Part shown: positions 48,164-57,103 of the stretch, in pieces
Layout: each line of letters begins with the position of its first letter
Position numbering within the stretch: position 1 is the first letter of the stretch
Source of the DNA: Nonlabens sp.
Lineage (GTDB): Bacteria; Bacteroidota; Bacteroidia; Flavobacteriales; Flavobacteriaceae
Direction: 5' to 3'
Assembly: GCF_965660805.1 (NCBI RefSeq)
Contig: NZ_CBFIBE010000003.1
Coordinates: forward strand, 37,030 to 101,029
Length of the DNA: 64,000 nucleotides
Position numbers and translations under genes: made by a program
Notes under the pieces: generated by a model
What the model was told of the DNA's origin: nothing
Databases searched by the model: none
The model's input: the letters and a program-made list of their open reading frames with translations, nothing else

Positions 48164-48775
48164 ATGAACAAGATTTTATTAACTCTTACTTTATCATTAT
48201 TATATGGTATTGCTACTGCTCAGGATATCCCTAGAAGCAGTAATCGTACTTTAGAACCAGTGTCATCTGGTAATAATATAAAAGGTTCTGTATTATTCCC
48301 TAGAACTAACGAGACTAAAAAGTATGTAAGACCTAGTGAAAAACCTACCATAGATCTCACTCAAAAAACAGATTTACTTGATCCAGGAATACGTTTTCAA
48401 GGGCAAAAGTTTAAAAGTGACACTCCTGCAATCGATTTTGTAAATGACACCTACCTAGGCGAGTACAGGACAGGAAAGGATATTTTAAAAATGACTTTAT
48501 GGGATCCTAGATTAGAAGATGGAGATCGTGTGCGTATATGGCTTAATGATGAGATACTAATTACAGACATGACCCTTTTAAATGCTGCGCAAGGATTTCC
48601 ACTTGCTCTGCAACAAGGTTTTAATAAAATAGAGATTGAGGCTTTAAATCAGGGATACTCTGCACCTAATACTTCTGGAATAGTTATAAGAGATGATGAA
48701 GGAGCCGTTATGGAACAAAAAATATGTATGATTAATGCAGGCGTGAAGTCACTCCTTATTGTCATTAAGGAGTAG
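48164..48775 (+). CDS. Secreted hypothetical protein
   Basis: Signal peptide ending ATA-Q; C-terminal DGDRV.I.LN and GFN.I...ALN.G...PNT. Confidence 0.75.
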   Translation: MNKILLTLTLSLLYGIATAQDIPRSSNRTLEPVSSGNNIKGSVLFPRTNETKKYVRPSEKPTIDLTQKTDLLDPGIRFQGQKFKSDTPAIDFVNDTYLGEYRTGKDILKMTLWDPRLEDGDRVRIWLNDEILITDMTLLNAAQGFPLALQQGFNKIEIEALNQGYSAPNTSGIVIRDDEGAVMEQKICMINAGVKSLLIVIKE

Positions 48776-49354
48776 CGCTCTAATGTCTTGATCCATGATC
48801 TCAATTACCGTTTTATTTTGCATAGTCGCTATAGAGTATGGACCTATTCTGATACGAGCCAGTCGCAAAGTAGGAAAACCTACAGCGCTGGTCATTTTGC
48901 GTACTTGTCTAAACTTACCTTCGTTTAAAGTAACGCTTACCCAAGAAGTCGGGCCGTGACGGTCATCTCTTATCCTTTGAGTAGTTTCTGGCAAGTCGGG
49001 TTGATGCTCTAGCAACTTCACTTTACAAGGCTTAGTCTGGTAATAAGAGCCATTAATACTTATTCTTATACCATCTTGTAGTTTATGAACCACTTGACTG
49101 GTCATGATTCCATCCACTAGTGCCGCATATTCTTTATCTACTTTACCAGATTTGTTAATGTGGTGACTCAACGTACCGTCTGTTGTAATTAATAATAGAC
49201 CTTCTGATAGTTCATCTAATCTACCTACTGCCATTGCATTTTCTGGAAAATCATAAAGCTCACCTAGAAATCTTTTGTTTTTTTGGTGTCTATCATTAGT
49301 CATAAACTGACTTAACATGCGGTAAGGTTTATAAATAAGAAAATGTCTATGCAT
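48749..49354 (-). CDS. rRNA pseudouridine synthase, RsuA/RluE family
   Basis: YKPY..LSQF, GRLD..SEGLLL.T, EGKFRQVRKMT.AVG.PTLRL.R. Confidence 0.92.
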   Translation of the reverse strand: MHRHFLIYKPYRMLSQFMTNDRHQKNKRFLGELYDFPENAMAVGRLDELSEGLLLITTDGTLSHHINKSGKVDKEYAALVDGIMTSQVVHKLQDGIRISINGSYYQTKPCKVKLLEHQPDLPETTQRIRDDRHGPTSWVSVTLNEGKFRQVRKMTSAVGFPTLRLARIRIGPYSIATMQNKTVIEIMDQDIRALLLNDNKE

Positions 49355-49366
49355 GTTGCAAAAATG

Positions 49367-49405
49367 ACCAATTTATTAAGACTTTATAAATTCAATTTGG
49401 TATTA
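49367..49405. mobile_element. Mini-element copy C, left end eroded
   Basis: ACCAATTT-ATTAAGACTTTATAAATTCAATTTGGTATTA equals copy A without GTGCTT. Confidence 0.6.
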
Positions 49406-49617
49406 AATTTTTAGAGCCAGTTTTTTATCTTTTTCACTTGTCTATGATTCAACCATCGGGATCTTAAATATTTTAATTGTTTCAAGGTTCCCTTTATGTA
49501 AGTCTCCATTTCGGTGTTTTTAAACTTCTTCTTTTTCATAGTGTGATCTTTTATCCAAAATTATAATGATTATCACATATGTATCTGTGTATTTTAATAA
49601 AGTAGTATCTTTATTTT

Positions 49618-50589
49618 GTGAAAATCACAAACTATATGGAAGTACAAGAATTAATTATTGCACGCTTTCGCGAAAGCGTTTCTCACACGAACTCCTTCAT
49701 CCAGTACTTTGCAGATGTTCTAGATCTGAGTTACGATGCCGCTTATCGTAGGATTCAAGGAAAAGCTAAACTAGAAATACATGAAGCCATGAAGCTTGCT
49801 AGATTAGGTGAGTTTTCTCTAGATCATATTATGACTGCGCATCAAGACCTAACGGCGCTAGGTACTGCCACTAAGAAGATTCATTCTATGGAATCACTTG
49901 AGTTCTATTTTAAGGAAATGGAAAATAACCTTAAAGCTGCTGGCAAGAAAGGAGTAGAGTGGATTTATAGCGCTAAGGATATTCCTGTTTTTCATCATTT
50001 TAATGATACGCATTTAGCTCGTTTTAAGATTTATGTCTGGATGCAATTACTGGATGATTCTATGGAAGGAAAACGTTTTTCAGATTTTCACTTGCCGCTG
50101 TCCATGAAAGAACAAATTAAAAAGAATAAGGCACTTTTTGAACAGTATAATAGGGTGGAGATCTGGAATGATACGACTATCTCTAGTAGTTTACAGCAAA
50201 TTCATTTTTATCATGAGGCTGGTTATATAGATCAAGATATGGCTGTTATTTTATGTGAGGATTTAAGGAGTCTTCTTAAAAAAACCGCTGCAGATTTGCT
50301 TACAACCTCATATAATATTTATTACCACGAGCTCTTATTAATGAGTAATAACGCTATCGTTAAAAAAAATGGAAAGGCTATTGCTGGTTTTGTAACCATG
50401 ACTTTGCTAGGTTATATAAGATTTAGTGGTAGTAATATTTTAAACCGAATGGATGATTTTTTCAAGTATCAAATAAGGCAAGCCACATCTATAAAAGATT
50501 GCTCTTTAAAAGAACGCTCCATATTTTTTAATAAAATGGAACAAAAAATTAACGCTCTAGAAAAATCTCTAGAGCGTTTTAGTCTGTAA
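49618..50589 (+). CDS. Hypothetical protein with an N-terminal HTH-like domain
   Basis: FADVLDLSYDAAYRRIQGK resembles an XRE/BetR-type HTH. Start may be ATG 49636. Confidence 0.7.
   Translation: MKITNYMEVQELIIARFRESVSHTNSFIQYFADVLDLSYDAAYRRIQGKAKLEIHEAMKLARLGEFSLDHIMTAHQDLTALGTATKKIHSMESLEFYFKEMENNLKAAGKKGVEWIYSAKDIPVFHHFNDTHLARFKIYVWMQLLDDSMEGKRFSDFHLPLSMKEQIKKNKALFEQYNRVEIWNDTTISSSLQQIHFYHEAGYIDQDMAVILCEDLRSLLKKTAADLLTTSYNIYYHELLLMSNNAIVKKNGKAIAGFVTMTLLGYIRFSGSNILNRMDDFFKYQIRQATSIKDCSLKERSIFFNKMEQKINALEKSLERFSL
49663..49678. repeat. 16-bp palindrome copy 14, perfect, read as RFRES
   Basis: ...LIIA-RFRES-VSHT... Confidence 0.97.
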
Positions 50590-50665
50590 TGTGTTTATAG
50601 TACAAGTACACTAGCTAAAGTTCAAGGACTTTTTATTTGTAGTGCTTTAGTATTAATTGCTATAA

Positions 50666-50989
50666 TTAATCTTTGTTTTTAGAATCATCCATGTCTTGTG
50701 GTAGATTAGGATCCATCTCTGGAAGTGCATCTGGATCATTCATTTCTCCTGCATCATAATCATCTTCATCAAAGGCTTCCATTTGCATGGAAAGACGTTT
50801 AGATATCTTTACTAGATACTTTGTGTCTTCAGTGGTTACCTCTACAGCTTCAATAAGTTCATTTTTATGATTTCTAAACGAGATGATATCATCATCACCA
50901 TAACCATCTGGATAGCGCTCTACGAGCATGGATAACACATCAGGTGTTAGCTTTTTATAATCTACAATTACATTTTTCATAAACCTCAT
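50666..50989 (-). CDS. Small acidic conserved hypothetical protein
   Basis: VIVDYKKLTP, YPDGY, YLVKIS, Asp-rich tail. Confidence 0.78.
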   Translation of the reverse strand: MRFMKNVIVDYKKLTPDVLSMLVERYPDGYGDDDIISFRNHKNELIEAVEVTTEDTKYLVKISKRLSMQMEAFDEDDYDAGEMNDPDALPEMDPNLPQDMDDSKNKD

Positions 50990-51052
50990 TTAGGGTAAAA
51001 CTAAAGTATATAAAAAACTTAATGTAGCAAATACCTTGAGATAAACTATGCT

Positions 51053-52120
51053 TTAATTTATTAATTCTTGAAAAGCTTCCATAATCATTTCATTACTAAC
51101 TTCTTGATTAGTAACAAATGAGCCTATGGTTTCAAGCAGGACAAATTTTATAGCACCGTTAGTGTTTTTCTTATCATATTTCATTAACTCGATCATTTCT
51201 AGTACTTCTTTATCTGTAAAGGAAAGATTTAATTGTAGTGTATTGTACCATTCTTTAATCTCTTTATAAGAATCTAGAGCAAGATCAGCATACTGAACAC
51301 TTAAATAGGACTCTACAACTATTCCTGCAGCAATAGCTTCTCCATGTAGTACAGCAGCTCGATCTGGATGTTCCATTAAATAGGACTCTATGGCATGACC
51401 AGCAGTGTGTCCATAGTTTAAAGCCTTGCGAGCACCTTTTTCAAATGGATCCATAGTGACTATATCACTTTTAATAAGGGCGCTTTGATAAATTAAAGAG
51501 TTAAAATGGTCTGAATGAAAATTATGTGATGCCTTCATGTCGTTCCAGTAAACACGATCACTTATTAATCCGTGTTTAAACATTTCTATGCTACCATTTA
51601 CTAGGTGCTGCTGTGGTAAAGTTTTTAAAAATTCTGGATCTATAATGGTCATTACCGGCCCATTTATAACACCTATCTGGTTTTTGAGGTTCCCTAGATC
51701 TACTCCGTTTTTTCCACCTATTGCAGCGTCTACCATACCTAGTAAACTGGTAGGGATGTGCATAAAAGGAATGCCTCTTTTAATAGTAGATGCTATAAAA
51801 CCACCCAAATCTGTAATCACGCCACCACCTAAATTAATCATTAAGCTATTACGATCACAGCCCAGTTCTACCATCGCACTCCAAACACCACCACAGGTGT
51901 CTATATTTTTAAATTCTTCACCATGATCTATTTCTATGACTTCAATTCTTGCGGTTGTTTCTATTTTAGGCATCAAGTAAGGATAGCAGTTTTCCATCGT
52001 CTTATCATCGACTAGAATAAATATGGTTCCTGGCTGGTGTTCCTTGATCCATTTATTCAGGGTTTTAAATCCTTGATTTTCAAAGTAAATAGTAAAGTTG
52101 TTTATAGTAATAGGTTCCAT
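51053..52120 (-). CDS. aroB: 3-dehydroquinate synthase
   Basis: GE..K, LGGGVITDLGGF, PTSLLGMVDAAIGGKNG, LNYGHT.GHAIE, HGEAIA.G. Confidence 0.96.
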   Translation of the reverse strand: MEPITINNFTIYFENQGFKTLNKWIKEHQPGTIFILVDDKTMENCYPYLMPKIETTARIEVIEIDHGEEFKNIDTCGGVWSAMVELGCDRNSLMINLGGGVITDLGGFIASTIKRGIPFMHIPTSLLGMVDAAIGGKNGVDLGNLKNQIGVINGPVMTIIDPEFLKTLPQQHLVNGSIEMFKHGLISDRVYWNDMKASHNFHSDHFNSLIYQSALIKSDIVTMDPFEKGARKALNYGHTAGHAIESYLMEHPDRAAVLHGEAIAAGIVVESYLSVQYADLALDSYKEIKEWYNTLQLNLSFTDKEVLEMIELMKYDKKNTNGAIKFVLLETIGSFVTNQEVSNEMIMEAFQELIN

Positions 52121-52128
52121 GTGTAGTA

Positions 52129-52144
52129 AGCTTTCGCGAAAGCG
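52129..52144. repeat. 16-bp palindrome copy 15, one mismatch, intergenic
   Basis: AGCTTTCGCGAAAGCG, 8 nt upstream of the aroB ATG. Confidence 0.92.
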
Positions 52145-52187
52145 TTAAAAGTACAATCTATACCGCTATTAATAATAGCTTTGCTAC

Positions 52188-52195
52188 TATATTTG
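52188..52195 (+). promoter_or_regulatory. -7 promoter box of the proline dehydrogenase gene
   Basis: TATATTTG 4 nt before ATG 52200. Confidence 0.65.
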
Positions 52196-52199
52196 TAAC

Positions 52200-53372
52200 A
52201 TGAATATGGAAAATCCTTTTAATAATACTGAGGTCGCTTTTTCACTTAAAAGCAATCGTGAGTTGCGTAAAGCACATTTTCTTTTTAAGATGATGGGCTA
52301 TCCTTTTTTTGTGAACTTCGGTTCTAAGGTGATGATGAAGTCCTTAACATGGGGACTGCCCGTAAAGGGAATTATTAAAAATACTGTTTTTGAACATTTT
52401 TGTGGTGGTACAACGTCAGAAGAGTGCCAGCCAGTGGTTCAAAAAATGTATGATAAAGGTGTGAGCAGCATACTGGATTACTCTGTAGAAGGTAAAGAAG
52501 ATGAGGCTGATTTTAACGCGGTGGTAAGTAAGAAAATAAAGCTCATTAAACACGCTAACACTATAGATGCTTTACCATTTGAAGTGGTAAAACCTACTGG
52601 TATAGGAAGATTTTACATCTGGCAAAAGGTTACAGAAAAGCAAGAGCTTTCTATTGCTGAGCAAGAGGAATGGCAGCGCATAAAGGATCGTGTAGTGTTA
52701 TTATCGCAAACGGCTTATGATTATGATGTGGCGCTACTATTTGATGGAGAAGAAACCTGGATGCAGGATGCCGCAGATGAGCTAGTAAGAGATATGATGG
52801 CTCAGTTTAATAAGGAAAAGGCCGTTATTTATAATACCATACAATGTTATAGAAATGATCGCTTAGATTATATTCAAGAACTCTATAAAGATGCTCGAGA
52901 AAATGGTTTTATAGTAGGTGCAAAAATTGTGCGTGGTGCGTATATGGAAAAAGAACGTGATCGAGCTGTAAAATATGGTTATCCTTCTCCTATTTGTAAT
53001 TCTAAAACGGCAACTGATGATATGTTTAACAGTGTTATGCGGTTTATACTTGATCGTCTAGATGTAATTAAATTATGTGTAGGTACTCATAACGAGTATA
53101 GCACATTACTAGCAATGGAGATACTCAGTGAAAAGGGAATTGCTACAAATCATAAAGATGTATGGTTCGGGCAACTTTATGGTATGAGTGATAATCTAAC
53201 TTTCAACTTAGCGGAGTTGAATTATAATACGTTTAAGATATTACCCTTCGGACCTATAAAAGATGTGATGCCATACTTGATACGTAGAGCACAGGAAAAC
53301 ACCTCTGTCGCAGGTCAAATGGGTAGAGAACTGCTACTTATTAAACAAGAATTGAAACGTAGGAAATTTTAA
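52200..53372 (+). CDS. Monofunctional proline dehydrogenase
   Basis: HFCGG, LDYSVEG, D.EETW, K.VRGAY, GTHN, GQLYGMSD, YLIRRAQEN. Confidence 0.93.
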   Translation: MNMENPFNNTEVAFSLKSNRELRKAHFLFKMMGYPFFVNFGSKVMMKSLTWGLPVKGIIKNTVFEHFCGGTTSEECQPVVQKMYDKGVSSILDYSVEGKEDEADFNAVVSKKIKLIKHANTIDALPFEVVKPTGIGRFYIWQKVTEKQELSIAEQEEWQRIKDRVVLLSQTAYDYDVALLFDGEETWMQDAADELVRDMMAQFNKEKAVIYNTIQCYRNDRLDYIQELYKDARENGFIVGAKIVRGAYMEKERDRAVKYGYPSPICNSKTATDDMFNSVMRFILDRLDVIKLCVGTHNEYSTLLAMEILSEKGIATNHKDVWFGQLYGMSDNLTFNLAELNYNTFKILPFGPIKDVMPYLIRRAQENTSVAGQMGRELLLIKQELKRRKF

Positions 53373-53749
53373 TCGTTATCATTATAGATAACTTTTTCTA
53401 CCACGGCATAGCGCTCACAATTCTTTACCCAAAGGGTCGTATTTGCTAATTCCTCACGTCCTGAAATATGGTAAAACCTACATGGGTTTGAGTCTGTAAG
53501 TGATTTAGAAAAGTTTACATCACCATATTTTAATATAAGTTGAATACTTAAGGTGTCTATTTCTTTAGATTCTAGATTTTCACGTATTTCAGGAGATAGT
53601 CTAATAGATTTTTTTCCTATATCTGCAAGAACTCTAGATTCTGGAAACCAGGTACATTGCGTGCGCTTACCTGTTAAGAAAAATACTAGAAATATAAGTC
53701 CTATAGAAACACCGCCTAGATAAAAACTTAATCGTTGAATAAACTTCAT
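53369..53749 (-). CDS. DUF4258-like membrane-anchored protein
   Basis: RL.FYLGG..IG, C.WFPE.RVL, GDVNFSKS. Confidence 0.7.
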   Translation of the reverse strand: MKFIQRLSFYLGGVSIGLIFLVFFLTGKRTQCTWFPESRVLADIGKKSIRLSPEIRENLESKEIDTLSIQLILKYGDVNFSKSLTDSNPCRFYHISGREELANTTLWVKNCERYAVVEKVIYNDND

Positions 53750-53758
53750 GTGAGACCT

Positions 53759-54958
53759 TTAAAAGATGAGCAAATTTACATCGCTACTAGGTAAGTCATA
53801 CCATGATCCTACAGATTTATTTGTAATAATACCATGATACATGTAGATACCACATTTTAACCCTTTATCCATACGTATAGCATGTTCTATGCCGCCATCA
53901 TCGGCTATATTAAGTAAGTAAGGTGTAAAAATATTACTTAATGATATGGATGCCGTTTTTGAATATCGTGATGGAATATTAGGAACGCAATAGTGAGTGA
54001 CACCATATTTAACAAAAGTAGGTTTATCGTGAGTAGTTACTTCACTTGTTTCAAAACAGCCGCCCATGTCTATACTTACATCCATAACTACAGATCCTTG
54101 TTTCATATTCTCCACCATGGTTTGAGTAACCACAACTGGTGTGCGATTATTACCTGCTAGAGCTCCTACTACAACGTCACATCTTCTTAGAGCTTTTAAT
54201 AAATATTTAGGTTGTAGGGTAGAGGTGTACACTTGCTGTCCTACTTTATCTTGAAGGTTACGTAATTTAGTTATAGAGTTATCAAATACTTTAACGTTTG
54301 CCCCTAATCCTAGTGCGGTTCTGGCAGCAAATTCACCTACCACACCAGCACCCATAATTACTACATCTACTGGAGGAACACCTGTTATATTCCCAAATAA
54401 CTGACCTGTTCTATTAGCACCACTGCTTAATAACTCACTCGCAATTAACACTGAAGCAACTCCAGAGATTTCACTTAGTGCGCTTACTACAGGATAGTTT
54501 CTAGAATCATCTTGTATAAACTCATAGGCTAGAGCTGTGATTTTTTTGGCGGTAAGTTTTTCAAAATATTCTTTATCACGTGTTTTTATTTGTAGAGCAG
54601 ATATTAAAACCGTTTGTGGTTTGAGAAGTTCAATTTCTTCTTTAGATGGTGGCGCAATTTTTAAAATGGTAGGACAGGAGTATACTTTGTTTTTATCGGC
54701 TGTTAACTCTGCACCGGCATCATTATATTGAGAATCTGTAAAGTTAGAGCCATTACCAGCACCTTTTTCCATGATTATGCGGTGACCATGTGCTGTAATT
54801 GCAGCAACAGCATCAGGTGTAAGAACGATACGTTTTTCTTGCTGTTGATTTTCCTTAGGAATCCCTATAAGTAACTCCTGTTTTGAACGTTGAATTTCTA
54901 AACGCTCTTCCTGTGGTAGTAATTGTTCTTTAGTAAAAGGAGATAGTTGCTGGCTCAT
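53759..54958 (-). CDS. ald: Alanine dehydrogenase family protein
   Basis: GIPKE, E.R.VLTP, GAGVVG Rossmann motif, DVSIDMGGCFETS, HYCVPNIP. Confidence 0.88.
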   Translation of the reverse strand: MSQQLSPFTKEQLLPQEERLEIQRSKQELLIGIPKENQQQEKRIVLTPDAVAAITAHGHRIIMEKGAGNGSNFTDSQYNDAGAELTADKNKVYSCPTILKIAPPSKEEIELLKPQTVLISALQIKTRDKEYFEKLTAKKITALAYEFIQDDSRNYPVVSALSEISGVASVLIASELLSSGANRTGQLFGNITGVPPVDVVIMGAGVVGEFAARTALGLGANVKVFDNSITKLRNLQDKVGQQVYTSTLQPKYLLKALRRCDVVVGALAGNNRTPVVVTQTMVENMKQGSVVMDVSIDMGGCFETSEVTTHDKPTFVKYGVTHYCVPNIPSRYSKTASISLSNIFTPYLLNIADDGGIEHAIRMDKGLKCGIYMYHGIITNKSVGSWYDLPSSDVNLLIF

Positions 54959-55129
54959 GAAAAAACATTAATTACTCTAAAATTAAACATTTTATTTTAA
55001 GTAATGATCATTAGTTTTCTTATTCCTAGCCCTATTTTAAAATTGCCTATTCTTAGCAATTGTATTCTTTAGAGAATTTTTTAAAATGTACACTATGCTA
55101 GATGTTAGGTTTTAAAGGGTTAGTAGCTT

Positions 55130-55531
55130 TTAGATCAATTCTATAGTTCTTGTAGAGTGATCGATAATACTAATTTTTAATCTGGTAAAATTTTCTAGAT
55201 ATGGCATTACTAGGTCAGGCCATTCTATAAAAAATATGGCATTACGGCTCAAGTAATCTTCTATCCCTATGTTAAATAATTCTTCCTCTTGTTCTATTCT
55301 GTATAAATCAAAGTGTAATACAGTTTTATGATTAGCTTTATATTCATTAACGATTGAAAAGGTAGGAGAGGAAATAGATTCTTGAACACCTAACTCTTTG
55401 CAGATAGCGGTAATTAAAGTCGTTTTACCAGCTCCCATAGGAGCATCAAGTATAAAAATATTTGACTGAGTATAGGCTAGAATTTGTTTTGCTACTTTCT
55501 CTATGTCATCTATATGATAGGTAATATTCAT
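55130..55531 (-). CDS. tsaE: tRNA threonylcarbamoyladenosine biosynthesis ATPase
   Basis: MGAGKTT, SSPTFSIVNEY, HFDLYR, FIEWP. Confidence 0.95.
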   Translation of the reverse strand: MNITYHIDDIEKVAKQILAYTQSNIFILDAPMGAGKTTLITAICKELGVQESISSPTFSIVNEYKANHKTVLHFDLYRIEQEEELFNIGIEDYLSRNAIFFIEWPDLVMPYLENFTRLKISIIDHSTRTIELI

Positions 55532-57082
55532 TTATCTAGGATTAAAAACAGCAAAAGGAATTAACATTTCTTCTAGTGAAACTCCACCATGTTGATAAGT
55601 GTTTCTATAATAACTTACATAATGATTATAATTGTTAGGATATGCAAAGAATAAGTCTCCTTTAGCAAAAATAAAGCTGCTGCTCATATTTATTTTGGGC
55701 AGCTTGATGGTGCTAGGATCTTTTGCAGCTAGAACGTCTTTATCTTCATAAGATAAACTTCTACCTGTTTTATATCTTAAATTAAGACTAGTATCGCGAT
55801 CGCCTATTACCTTACTAGGATTAGTGACATTAATAGTCCCATGATCAGTAGTTAGAATTAATTTCATACCTAAGTCCTGCGCACGATGAATCATTTCTAG
55901 TAAAGGTGAGTTTTTAAACCAGCTTAAAGTTAGCGATCGATAAGACTTATCATTACTTGCTAGATCCTTAATAACCTTCATTTCAGTTTTAGAATGTGAT
56001 AACATATCTACAAAATTGTAGACTACGACAGTTAAGTCGTTATCTTTTTGGGATTTAAAATTCTCTGCCAGTTTTCTACCTTGTTGTTCGCTAGTTATTT
56101 TATGATATTGATGGGTAAGTCCTAATCCTAGTCTTTTAAGTTGAGCGGTTAGGAAAGCGTCTTCATGCATATTTTTTCCACCTTCATCAGTATCATTAAG
56201 CCACAAATCAGGATGTCTTTTTTCCATATCATCAGGCATTAATCCTGAGAATAATGAATTACGTGCATACTGAGTAGCGGTAGGTAAGATGGAACAGTAG
56301 GTTTCTTCAACTTCCTTTTTAAAGTGAAGATTAATTATGTTTTCAAATACTTTAAATTGATCGTAGCGCAAATTATCTACAACTACTAGAAGCACCGGTT
56401 GATCTTTTTTTAAATGAGGAGCTATGCGCATTTTAAAAAGATTATGAGACATGATAGGCGCATCATCTGGATTCTTAAACCACTCTGGATAGTTGCGATC
56501 TATGAATTTACAGAATTGATTATTAGCCTCATTTTTTTGAGTAGTTAGAATTTCTAGCATTCCACTATCGTCTATGTTTTCTAGCTCTAGTTCCCAGTAA
56601 ATGAGTTTTTGATATAATTGAACCCATTCTTCATAAGAGTTGACCATAGAAAGGTCCATAGAAATTTTTCTAAACTCTCGCTGGTAGTCAGAGGTTGTTT
56701 TATTAGAAATTAATCTGGAGTGGTCTAAGTTTTTTTTAAGTGATAAAAGAATTTGATTAGGGTTAACGGGTTTAATAAGGTAATCAGCAATCTTAGAGCC
56801 TATTGCTTCTTCCATAATGTACTCTTCCTCGCTCTTAGTAATCATTATTACAGGTAGTTGTGCCTGTTTTTCCTTAATTTCATTAAGAGTTTCGAGTCCT
56901 GTAAGGCCAGGCATGTTCTCATCCAGAAAAACGATATCATAATGAACCTCTTCAATCGCTTCAAGTGCCTCAGTACCACTTATTCTTGTGTCCACTTTAT
57001 ATCCTTTATTCTCCAGAAAAATAATGTGAGGTTTTAATAAATCTACTTCATCATCTACCCAAAGGATTTTTATGTCGGTCAT
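55532..57082 (-). CDS. porX: T9SS response regulator PorX (REC plus PglZ)
   Basis: ILWVDDE, FLDENMPG, MITKSEEE, LPTATQYARN, TTDHG, YQHGG; adjacent to tsaE as in other Bacteroidota. Confidence 0.93.
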   Translation of the reverse strand: MTDIKILWVDDEVDLLKPHIIFLENKGYKVDTRISGTEALEAIEEVHYDIVFLDENMPGLTGLETLNEIKEKQAQLPVIMITKSEEEYIMEEAIGSKIADYLIKPVNPNQILLSLKKNLDHSRLISNKTTSDYQREFRKISMDLSMVNSYEEWVQLYQKLIYWELELENIDDSGMLEILTTQKNEANNQFCKFIDRNYPEWFKNPDDAPIMSHNLFKMRIAPHLKKDQPVLLVVVDNLRYDQFKVFENIINLHFKKEVEETYCSILPTATQYARNSLFSGLMPDDMEKRHPDLWLNDTDEGGKNMHEDAFLTAQLKRLGLGLTHQYHKITSEQQGRKLAENFKSQKDNDLTVVVYNFVDMLSHSKTEMKVIKDLASNDKSYRSLTLSWFKNSPLLEMIHRAQDLGMKLILTTDHGTINVTNPSKVIGDRDTSLNLRYKTGRSLSYEDKDVLAAKDPSTIKLPKINMSSSFIFAKGDLFFAYPNNYNHYVSYYRNTYQHGGVSLEEMLIPFAVFNPR

Positions 57083-57087
57083 ATCAG

Positions 57088-57095
57088 TATCTTTG
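57088..57095 (+). promoter_or_regulatory. -7 promoter box of the HD gene
   Basis: TATCTTTG 5 nt from the porX start codon. Confidence 0.6.
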
Positions 57096-57103
57096 TAATT
57101 AAA

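Noticed and set aside
50551-50578. 11-bp-stem hairpin AACGCTCTAGA...TCTAGAGCGTT
   Set aside because: Lies inside the CDS, is single-copy, and is partly explained by frequent TCTAGA.
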